From Bacilli bacterium (GTDB lineage: Bacteria; Bacillota_I; Bacilli_A; RF39; UBA660): a stretch of DNA of 45,233 nt. Every line of letters begins with the position of its first letter. The first letter of the stretch is position 1. A program made the translations under genes and the position numbers. The notes below the pieces were generated by a model, which worked only from the letters and a program-made list of their open reading frames with translations, searched no databases and was not told the origin of the DNA. Positions 38,359 to 45,233 of the stretch are shown here, one piece after another. The stretch covers positions 1-45,233 of the forward strand of contig JAEETF010000024.1 of assembly GCA_016290195.1 (NCBI GenBank). The letters are read 5' to 3'.

Positions 38359-39088
38359 TATAACTTTTGGAAAATATTATGATACAAAATCTAGATTACA
38401 TGATATGCATATAGTAATAAAAATAATTTGTTTATTTGTTATATTGATTTTTACTTATATTTATAGAAATTATCAAAGTTTGCTATTTATTCTAATATTT
38501 AATATACTAAGTATGTTTATGAGTAATGTACCTATTAAATATTATTTAAAAAGTATTTGGATTATGAAAATGCTAATACTTTTTATAGTTATCATAAACT
38601 TAATATTTGGTGGAGAAATAATAGTTAATGTTTTACAAATATTAATTGTAGTAATTAGTTCATCAATATTTATGTATACATCAAGATATAAAGATATTAT
38701 TTATGGATTAGAAATTGTATTTTATCCATTAAAAATATTTAAAATAAATCCTAAAAAGATAGCTTTTATTCTTTCTTTAACACTTAGATTTATACCAGAT
38801 ATATTTGTTTTAGCAAGGCAAATATTAAAGGCTCAAGCAAGTAGAGGTATAGATTATTATAATGGCAATTTTAAAGATAAAGTTTTTGCACTAAAATGTA
38901 TGCTTATACCTTTAGTTATAGGTTCATTTAGAAAAGCATCACATTTTGCTATAACTTTAGAGTTAAAATCATATAATGAGAATAGTATTACTAGAGAAAA
39001 GAAAAAATTAAAATTTTATGATTTATATTATTTATCACTTAATGTTGTAGTAGCAATATTATTATTTATAAAGGAAGTGCAATTATGA
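38348..39088 (+). CDS. ecfT: ECF transporter transmembrane component T
   Basis: 246 aa, multi-pass. ARQILKAQASRG (the A-R-G coupling-helix type motif of EcfT/CbiQ). Operon position. Confidence 0.8.
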   Translation: MLNNITFGKYYDTKSRLHDMHIVIKIICLFVILIFTYIYRNYQSLLFILIFNILSMFMSNVPIKYYLKSIWIMKMLILFIVIINLIFGGEIIVNVLQILIVVISSSIFMYTSRYKDIIYGLEIVFYPLKIFKINPKKIAFILSLTLRFIPDIFVLARQILKAQASRGIDYYNGNFKDKVFALKCMLIPLVIGSFRKASHFAITLELKSYNENSITREKKKLKFYDLYYLSLNVVVAILLFIKEVQL

Positions 39089-39825
39089 GATATTTTATGT
39101 ATTTTTCTTATGATGGTTCAAAATTTAGTGGTTATCAAAAACAACCAAGTAAGAAAACAATTCAGGGAGAACTTGAAAAGGCTTTAAAGAAAATTAATTC
39201 AAATAAAACAGTAAGTGTACATGCATCAGGTAGAACTGATGCAGGAGTTCATGCTTTAAATCAAGCTGCTCATTTTGATCTTGATAAAGAAATGGTACCT
39301 TCTAAATTAATGTGTTCATTAAATAGTTTGTTACCTGAAAGTATTTATATTAAAAGTATTGAAAAAGTTAATGATGATTTTCATGCTCGCTTTAATGTAA
39401 AAGCTAAAGAATATATTTATAAAATAAATATGGGAGAATATAATCCTATTGAAAGAGATTATGTTTTTCAATATAATAAAAGACTAGATGTTGTGGAAAT
39501 GGAAAGAGCTATGAAATATTTAGAAGGAGAACATGATTTTAAATCATTTACAAAAGCGGAAGAAGAATATGATAGTACAATAAGAACTATAGTTCAAACT
39601 AAAGTAATACGTGATGTAAGAAATGTTAATTTAGTTGTTTTAAGTTTTTTAGGAACTGGTTTTTTAAGATATATGGTTCGTAATATAGTAGGTGTTTTAA
39701 TTGAAATAGGCGAAGGCAAAAGAAAAAGTGAAGATATAATTAAAATACTTAATGCTCAAGATAGAACTGCGGCAGGTAAAACAGCTAATCCGGAAGGATT
39801 ATATTTAAAGGAAGTATTATATTAA
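39085..39825 (+). CDS. truA: tRNA pseudouridine(38-40) synthase TruA
   Basis: YDGSKFSGYQKQP...SGRTDAGVHALNQAAHFD...GFLRYMVRNIVG. Confidence 0.93.
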   Translation: MRYFMYFSYDGSKFSGYQKQPSKKTIQGELEKALKKINSNKTVSVHASGRTDAGVHALNQAAHFDLDKEMVPSKLMCSLNSLLPESIYIKSIEKVNDDFHARFNVKAKEYIYKINMGEYNPIERDYVFQYNKRLDVVEMERAMKYLEGEHDFKSFTKAEEEYDSTIRTIVQTKVIRDVRNVNLVVLSFLGTGFLRYMVRNIVGVLIEIGEGKRKSEDIIKILNAQDRTAAGKTANPEGLYLKEVLY

Positions 39826-39826
39826 A

Positions 39827-40444
39827 ATGCAATCAGAAAAAATTAAATTAGCTAGTGCATTTGCTAGTATTAAACATCAAAATCAAACTAGAAAAAATGG
39901 TTCTCCATATATTAATCACCCTATTAGGGTTGCTGATAAAGTATCAAGTTATACTGAAAAAAATGAAACATTAATTATAAGTGCAGTTTTACATGATACA
40001 CTTGAAGACACAGATACTACATATGAAGAAATTATAAAAACATTTGGACAAGAAATTGGGAATATAGTATTAGAACTTACTAATGATGATGAAGAAAAAC
40101 AAAAAAATGGTAAAGAAAAATATTTATCAAAAAAATTAGTAAAAATGAGTGATGATTCTCTTACAATTAAATTATGCGATAGATTAGATAATGTAATGGA
40201 TTTAGTAAATAGTAATGATTCTAAATTTATGGATAAATATATTAATGAGACAATTAATGTATTAAATTATTTAATAGCTAATAGAGAATTACAAGATACA
40301 CATATGAAAATAATTACTGATATTAGTTTGGAATTAGGATTATTAACTAAAGATAATGAAGAATACTTGAATAAAACATTAGATTTAATGGCAAAGTTAA
40401 ATATTCAAGTAAAAACACTTGAAAAAAAGTTAAAAGTGTGGTAA
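39827..40444 (+). CDS. Stand-alone HD-domain protein of the RelA/SpoT hydrolase type (small alarmone hydrolase-like)
   Basis: HPIRVA...LHDTLEDT...LELTND...KLCDRLDN pattern of the (p)ppGpp-hydrolase HD domain. 205 aa with no synthetase domain. Starts 1 nt after the truA stop. Confidence 0.65.
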   Translation: MQSEKIKLASAFASIKHQNQTRKNGSPYINHPIRVADKVSSYTEKNETLIISAVLHDTLEDTDTTYEEIIKTFGQEIGNIVLELTNDDEEKQKNGKEKYLSKKLVKMSDDSLTIKLCDRLDNVMDLVNSNDSKFMDKYINETINVLNYLIANRELQDTHMKIITDISLELGLLTKDNEEYLNKTLDLMAKLNIQVKTLEKKLKVW

Positions 40445-40529
40445 TATACCAGTAATGAGAGAGATCTCAGAAGTGAGAATGCAAGCATTTAATGGTTAAT
40501 GGTTAAGTGTGTACATTCGGGAATCGATG

Positions 40530-40558
40530 CTTCTAGCTAAAAAGCTAGAAGTTTTTTT
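40530..40558 (+). terminator. Strong rho-independent terminator of the ecf-truA-HD operon
   Basis: CTTCTAGCT / AAAA loop / AGCTAGAAG perfect 9-bp stem plus T7. Confidence 0.85.
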
Positions 40559-40588
40559 GTAAAATAAGAAGAAAAAGGTATATTTTTA

Positions 40589-40617
40589 TTGACTTTTTGA
40601 ATAAAATTTAGTAATAT
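40589..40617 (+). promoter_or_regulatory. Sigma-A promoter of rplM-rpsI
   Basis: -35 TTGACT (40589-40594), 17-nt spacer, -10 TAATAT (40612-40617). Confidence 0.6.
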
Positions 40618-40696
40618 TTTATTTGGTACATTTATATCCCATTATTAGTAAGGCCTGGGAAACTTTACTAAGAAATAATTAGAAAGGGAATGTTTT
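40618..40696 (+). promoter_or_regulatory. rplM 5' leader (candidate L13-type ribosomal protein leader)
   Basis: About 80-nt untranslated leader between the promoter and the rplM ATG. Firmicute rplM genes commonly carry a structured L13 leader; the structure was not verified here. Confidence 0.3.
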
Positions 40697-41131
40697 ATGA
40701 AAAACACATTTATGCAAAAAAAAGAAGAGATTAAACGTGAATGGTATGTTATTGACGCTGAAGGTCAAACATTAGGACGTGTTGCTGCTAAAGTTGCTCA
40801 TGTACTACGTGGTAAACATAGACCAACGTTTACACCTCATGTAGATTGTGGAGATTTTGTTATTGTTACTAATGCTTCTAAGGTTATTTTAACTGGTAAC
40901 AAATTAGATGACAAAATGTATTACAATCATAGCGGTTATCCAGGAGGATTACGCGAAAGAACTGCACGTACAATGAAAGAAGATTATCCAGTTGAAATGA
41001 TGGAAAGAGCTGTTAAGGGAATGCTTCCAAAAGGACGTTTAGGACGTCAAATGTATAGAAAGTTATTTGTTTATGCTGGTGCTGAACATCCACATGCTGC
41101 TCAACAACCAGTAGAAATGAAATTAAATTAG
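40697..41131 (+). CDS. rplM: 50S ribosomal protein L13
   Basis: [38 protein letters not shown]. Confidence 0.97.
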   Translation: MKNTFMQKKEEIKREWYVIDAEGQTLGRVAAKVAHVLRGKHRPTFTPHVDCGDFVIVTNASKVILTGNKLDDKMYYNHSGYPGGLRERTARTMKEDYPVEMMERAVKGMLPKGRLGRQMYRKLFVYAGAEHPHAAQQPVEMKLN

Positions 41132-41141
41132 GAGGGTTTAA

Positions 41142-41558
41142 ATGGCTAATAAGAGAATTTTTATTGGAACAGGACGTAGAAAATCATCTGTTGCTCAAGT
41201 TAAAATGGTTCCTGGAAAAGGAAAAATAACTATCAACGGTGTTGACGTTAATGAATATTTTCCATATGAAACAAATGTTATGGATTTAAAGCAACCATTA
41301 GTTGCTACTGCTACTGAAGAAACTTTTGATATTGAAGCAAAAGTAAATGGTGGTGGATTTAGTGGTCAAGCAGGTGCTGTTAGACTTGGTATTACGAGAG
41401 CACTTCTTGAATATGATGCTCCTAATGCTGAAAGTGAAGATAACTTCCGTAAAAAATTAAAAGTTGCTGGATTTATTACAAGAGATCCACGTGCTAAAGA
41501 ACGTAAGAAACCAGGACTTAAAGCTGCTCGTAGAGCACCACAATTTTCAAAGAGATAA
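41142..41558 (+). CDS. rpsI: 30S ribosomal protein S9
   Basis: [12 protein letters not shown]...[19 protein letters not shown]...[25 protein letters not shown]. Confidence 0.97.
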   Translation: MANKRIFIGTGRRKSSVAQVKMVPGKGKITINGVDVNEYFPYETNVMDLKQPLVATATEETFDIEAKVNGGGFSGQAGAVRLGITRALLEYDAPNAESEDNFRKKLKVAGFITRDPRAKERKKPGLKAARRAPQFSKR

Positions 41559-41566
41559 AATCTTTC

Positions 41567-41592
41567 AAAACCCATTTTTATGGGTTTTTTTG
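41567..41592 (+). terminator. Rho-independent terminator of rplM-rpsI
   Basis: AAAACCCA / TTTTTA loop / TGGGTTTT followed by a T-run. Confidence 0.8.
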
Positions 41593-41684
41593 TGTCTATA
41601 AATGACGGGTTATTTTAACAATTTTAAATAAATTTTTCATTAGAAAAAAATAATTAATTTTTTTATTAAATAGTTGGTTTTAAA

Positions 41685-41713
41685 TTTACAAAAACTATTA
41701 ATAGTGATACAAT
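41685..41713 (+). promoter_or_regulatory. Promoter of the lipoprotein / giant-prepilin gene pair
   Basis: -35 TTTACA (41685-41690), 17-nt spacer ending TGA, -10 TACAAT (41708-41713), i.e. an extended -10. Confidence 0.55.
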
Positions 41714-41743
41714 ATATATAATAGAATGATAGGAGGAATAAGA

Positions 41744-42148
41744 ATGAAAAAATTTTTAGTTATTTTATTAGGGGGATTAATATTGACAGGATGTGGAGAC
41801 AAGAAGAAAGAAGATACTAACAATTCCACAAATGGAGATGCTACAAAAGCACAAGAGAACAGGGAAAAAACTGTAATGCAAGATCAATTATTTGAAGGCC
41901 TAGAATTTGTAAATGTAGGAGCAAGTGATGGTGTAATTAAAACAGTTGTAATTAATAATACAGGATATGTATATGAAGGATCTAGATTTAAAATGATCGT
42001 TATGGATCAAAATGGTGGTGTTATAGCAGAAGAAGTAGATTCTGTTACAGGCCCAATGGAAACTGGAACAACAATGGAAATTGAAACTAGAACTAGTGCT
42101 GATTTATCAATTGCGGCTAGTATAGAATATAGTATTATTAGTGAATAA
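41744..42148 (+). CDS. Small lipoprotein with a beta-rich mature domain
   Basis: MKKFLVILLGGLILTGC lipobox. 134 aa from ATG 41744 behind TAGGAGGA. The track start 41726 is an extension. Stop lies 15 nt before the next start. Confidence 0.75.
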   Translation: MKKFLVILLGGLILTGCGDKKKEDTNNSTNGDATKAQENREKTVMQDQLFEGLEFVNVGASDGVIKTVVINNTGYVYEGSRFKMIVMDQNGGVIAEEVDSVTGPMETGTTMEIETRTSADLSIAASIEYSIISE

Positions 42149-42163
42149 AATTAGGTGATGTTC

Positions 42164-45100
42164 ATGAAAAAAAGAAAAGGATTTACTTTAATTGAGTTAT
42201 TAGCAGTTATTGTAATTCTTGCCGTTATTGCACTTATTGCAGTACCTACAATTATGCAAGTAATAATCGGTGCGAAAAGAAATACTGCAATTATTAGTGC
42301 AGAAGGATATATTGAGGCAGTTCAAAGAAAAGTAACAATTTCAACAATGATAGAAAATAATGATTATGATGACAGAGAATATGCTTACGATGAAATAGAT
42401 GTTGAAGTAGATGGTATGATACCAACTGCGGGTACTTATGAATTGTCAGATGGCAAAGTAGCAAACGCTGTACTTTGCGTTAATGGATATACAGTAACAT
42501 ATCAGAATAATGAAACTACTGCTGGCGGAGAGTGTGATCTAGACAGCATGAAGCTTGCTTCAACATTAAAAGTTTCAAAAAATTCTGTTTTTTTGGCATA
42601 TCCAAATATGGAATTACTTGAAATTGTTGAAAACAAAAGTGATGGAGAAGTAACATGCGTGTCTAGTAATGAAGATGTTGCAATTTGTGAAATAGCAGAA
42701 AACAATATAGTGATAAAATCAGGACCGGTAGAAGGACAAGCAACAATAACATTAACTTCTCATGGAAATAATAAATATAAAGATGCAAATGCATCAATTT
42801 TAGTGTCAACAGCAAAAGGCTTATTGAATGTAACAGCAAATGGCTATAGTGGTATATATGATGGAAAGGCACATGGAATCAGTGTGATTTCTAGTGGTGC
42901 AAACATAATATATGGAACAACAAATGAAATATATGATTTAGGTTCAAGTCCAATGTATGTTGATGCAGGTACATATACTGTATATTATCAAATAACAAAA
43001 GCAGGATATAATACAGTAACAGGAAGTAAAACAGTAACAATAACAAAAGCTCAAGGAAATTTGGAATTGGAATCAACTAGTGGAACAATTACCTATGGTG
43101 AACAAAAAACAATCAATGTTACATCAACTGGCTTATTGACTGCAAAAGTTTCTGATACAAATATTGCTAGTGCTGAAATTGTTAATGGAAAACTTGTTGT
43201 AACAGGCTTAAATGTTGGCTCAACTTATGTAACAGTAACAAGTACAGAGTCAACCAATTATACTGAGATAAGTGCAACATATGATATTAATGTTGTGAAA
43301 GCAAATAATGTACTAGTACTATCAAGTAATGTTGGTAGTGTTACGTATCCTAACAGCATTTCATTTGATATTACACAAAATACAAGTGGTGGAGCACTAT
43401 CATGTACATCAAGTAATACAGCAGCAGCAACATGTAGTATTAGTGGCACAACGGTAACAGTAACAGCAGGAACGACAGCAGCAAGTAGTGTCACAATAAC
43501 AGTAACAAGTGCCGCAACGACTAACTATAAAGCAGTAAGTGCCGCATATTTAGTAACAAGTGAAAATGGAATGATGACTGTAACAGCAAGTGGTTATAGT
43601 GGAGCATATGATGGAAATGCCCATGGAATCAGTGTCTCTTCAAACGGTGCAACAATAAAATATGGCACAGAAGAAGGAATATACGATTTAAACACAAGTC
43701 CAACATATACAAATGTAGGAACATATACTGTATATTATCAAATAACAAAAGCAGGATATAATACAGTAACAGGAAATAAAACAATAACAATAAGCAAAGC
43801 AACAGGAAGTGTAACAGCACCAACAGCTAAAACGCTTTCATATACAGGAAGTGCTCAGGAATTAATAAATGCTGGATCAAGTACAACAGGAACAATACAA
43901 TATAAATTAGAATCAGGAGACTATTCAGAAATTATACCAACAGCGATAAATGATGGAACATATACTGTATACTATAAGGTTGTAGGAGATAGCAATCATT
44001 TAGACGTAGCCGAAGCAAGTATAAGTGTAACAATAAATAAAGCAGAACTTACATATACTGCAACAGGATATACTGGTATATATGATGGAGAAGCTCATGG
44101 AATCAGTGTAGTATCAAACGGAGCTACAATAAAATATGGCACAGAAGAAGGAGTATACAACTTAAATACAAGTCCAACATATGCAAATGCAGGGACATAT
44201 ACTGTATATTATCAAATTATGAAATTGGGCTACACAGTAATAACTGACAGTCAAACTGTGGTAATAAGTAAGGCAGCAGGAAGTGTAATAGCCCCAACAG
44301 CAAAGACACTTTCATATACAGGAAATGCTCAAGCATTAGTTAATGCTGGATCAAGTCCAACAGGAACAATACAATATAAAGTTGGTAATGGAAATTATTC
44401 AACAAGTATACCAACAGCAACAAATGATGGAACATATACTGTATATTATAAGGTTGTAGGAGATAGTAATCATAATGATGTAGCTGAAAATAGTATAAAT
44501 GTAACAATAAATAAAGCAACCCTTCCATATACAGCAAATGATTATACTGGAGTATATGATGGAGAAGCCCATGGAATTAGTGTTGTATCGAGCGGTGCAA
44601 CAATAAAATATGGAACAACGAGTGGAACCTATAATTTTTCTTCAAATCCAACATATACAGATGTAGGAGTACATACTGTATATTTCCAAATAACAAAAGC
44701 AGGATATAACACAGTAACAGGAAGTAAAACAGTAACAATAACAAAAGCTGATGGTAAAGTATCATTATCATCAAATACCGGAACAGTAACATATCCAAAT
44801 AGTACAACATTTGCTATAACTAAAAATATAAGCGGTGGGACACTATCATGTGCATCAAGTAATACGGCAGCAGCAACATGTAGTATTAGTGGCACAACAG
44901 TAACAGTAACAGCAGGAACAACAGCAGCAAGTAGTGTAACTATAACAGTAACAAGTGCTGCAACAAATAATTATAATAGTGCAAGTGCTGCATATGTAGT
45001 AACAAGTGAAAATGGAGTACTATCTGTAACAACAAACGGTTATAGTGGAGCATATGATGGAAATCCACATGGAATCAGTGTAACATCCAGTGGAGCAACA

Positions 45101-45233
45101 ATAAAATATGGAACGACAAGTGGAATATATAACTTAAATACAAGCCCAACATATACAAATGTAGGAACATATACTGTATACTATAAGGTTGTAGGAGATG
45201 GTAATCATACTGATGTAGCCGAAAAGAGTATAA
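42164..45233 (+). CDS. Giant prepilin-type (class III signal) protein with tandem Ig-like adhesin modules; 3' end outside the window
   Basis: Not in the ORF track because there is no stop in the window. AGGTGA (42153-42158), ATG 42164, in-frame TAG at 42152-42154 upstream, then 1,023 open codons. N-terminus MKKRKG/FTLIELLAVIVILAVIALIAVPTI has Gly-1, Phe+1 and Glu+5. It is followed by eleven 79-87 aa repeat modules. Confidence 0.85.
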   Translation, partial: MKKRKGFTLIELLAVIVILAVIALIAVPTIMQVIIGAKRNTAIISAEGYIEAVQRKVTISTMIENNDYDDREYAYDEIDVEVDGMIPTAGTYELSDGKVANAVLCVNGYTVTYQNNETTAGGECDLDSMKLASTLKVSKNSVFLAYPNMELLEIVENKSDGEVTCVSSNEDVAICEIAENNIVIKSGPVEGQATITLTSHGNNKYKDANASILVSTAKGLLNVTANGYSGIYDGKAHGISVISSGANIIYGTTNEIYDLGSSPMYVDAGTYTVYYQITKAGYNTVTGSKTVTITKAQGNLELESTSGTITYGEQKTINVTSTGLLTAKVSDTNIASAEIVNGKLVVTGLNVGSTYVTVTSTESTNYTEISATYDINVVKANNVLVLSSNVGSVTYPNSISFDITQNTSGGALSCTSSNTAAATCSISGTTVTVTAGTTAASSVTITVTSAATTNYKAVSAAYLVTSENGMMTVTASGYSGAYDGNAHGISVSSNGATIKYGTEEGIYDLNTSPTYTNVGTYTVYYQITKAGYNTVTGNKTITISKATGSVTAPTAKTLSYTGSAQELINAGSSTTGTIQYKLESGDYSEIIPTAINDGTYTVYYKVVGDSNHLDVAEASISVTINKAELTYTATGYTGIYDGEAHGISVVSNGATIKYGTEEGVYNLNTSPTYANAGTYTVYYQIMKLGYTVITDSQTVVISKAAGSVIAPTAKTLSYTGNAQALVNAGSSPTGTIQYKVGNGNYSTSIPTATNDGTYTVYYKVVGDSNHNDVAENSINVTINKATLPYTANDYTGVYDGEAHGISVVSSGATIKYGTTSGTYNFSSNPTYTDVGVHTVYFQITKAGYNTVTGSKTVTITKADGKVSLSSNTGTVTYPNSTTFAITKNISGGTLSCASSNTAAATCSISGTTVTVTAGTTAASSVTITVTSAATNNYNSASAAYVVTSENGVLSVTTNGYSGAYDGNPHGISVTSSGATIKYGTTSGIYNLNTSPTYTNVGTYTVYYKVVGDGNHTDVAEKSI
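42821..45233 (+). repeat. In-frame tandem coding repeats (237-261 nt modules of three types) inside the giant prepilin gene
   Basis: Modules A1 42821-43057, B1 43058-43309, B2 43310-43570, A2 43571-43807, C1 43808-44044, A3 44045-44281, C2 44282-44518, A4 44519-44755, B3 44756-45016, A5 45017-edge. Examples of identity: 55 nt identical at 42971-43025 and 43721-43775; 124 nt with 7 substitutions at 43395-43518 versus 44841-44964. Confidence 0.9.

Noticed and set aside
42502-44895. Minus-strand Leu/His/Tyr-rich ORFs (42502-42705, 42663-42872, 42891-43076, 43258-43494, 43629-43823, 44340-44537, 44577-44810, 44629-44895)
   Set aside because: They are the reverse complement of the ACA/GTA/GCA-rich repeats of the plus-strand giant prepilin frame, which is continuously open for 1,023 codons with a strong RBS. 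Their mutual similarity only mirrors the plus-strand repeats.
42821-45233. Possibility that the repeated region is a CRISPR array or non-coding satellite
   Set aside because: Units are 237-261 nt and directly abutting, with no unique spacers. All lie in one uninterrupted reading frame, and their differences are mostly conservative at the protein level. These are coding domain repeats.
1-45233. Alternative genetic code (TGA as Trp, as in Mollicutes-like AT-rich genomes)
   Set aside because: TGA terminates ORFs at sensible ends (e.g. 5487-5489 and 35896-35898). I saw no in-frame TGA in the conserved proteins, including all ribosomal proteins, SecY, TypA and RpoA. The standard bacterial code fits.

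Overview
This 45 kb window comes from a very AT-rich, apparently spore-forming Bacillota-type genome. It uses the standard code: TGA acts as a stop, and I saw no in-frame TGA in the conserved genes. All identities below come from reading motifs and gene order by eye; no searches were run.

Most of the window is core housekeeping:
- The complete S10-spc-alpha ribosomal protein superoperon (13.6-27.6 kb): rpsJ through rplQ, with secY, adk, map, infA, rpmJ and rpoA.
- An ecfA1-ecfA2-ecfT-truA-(HD hydrolase)-rplM-rpsI block (36.7-41.6 kb).
- typA, ddl, a cotJ spore-coat operon, a ClpC-like AAA+ protein, an M16 peptidase pair and secG.

I saw no tRNA, rRNA, CRISPR array, transposase or integrase.

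The ORF track misses three real genes:
- rpmJ (25397-25510).
- A 54-aa zinc-ribbon gene (11649-11813).
- A reading frame that starts at 42164 and is still open at the window edge (1,023 codons).

That last frame is the most interesting object. It encodes a textbook type IV prepilin signal (MKKRKG/FTLIELL...) fused to at least eleven tandem 79-87 aa Ig-like adhesin modules. The modules share near-identical DNA and one is a chimera. The gene appears co-transcribed with a small lipoprotein, and no pilus machinery lies in the 42 kb upstream.

Secondary oddities:
- An AT-rich trio at the left end: a membrane protein with a transglutaminase-like core, a small acidic protein, and a UvrD-like helicase with a long insert.
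- An orphan protein with a PemK/MazF-like N-terminus.
- An apparent CotJA-CotJB fusion.
- About 9 kb inserted between rplQ and ecfA1, containing tandem lipoprotein paralogs plus a decayed third copy and an HQxxH pseudo-zincin gene pair.
- No rpmD between rpsE and rplO.
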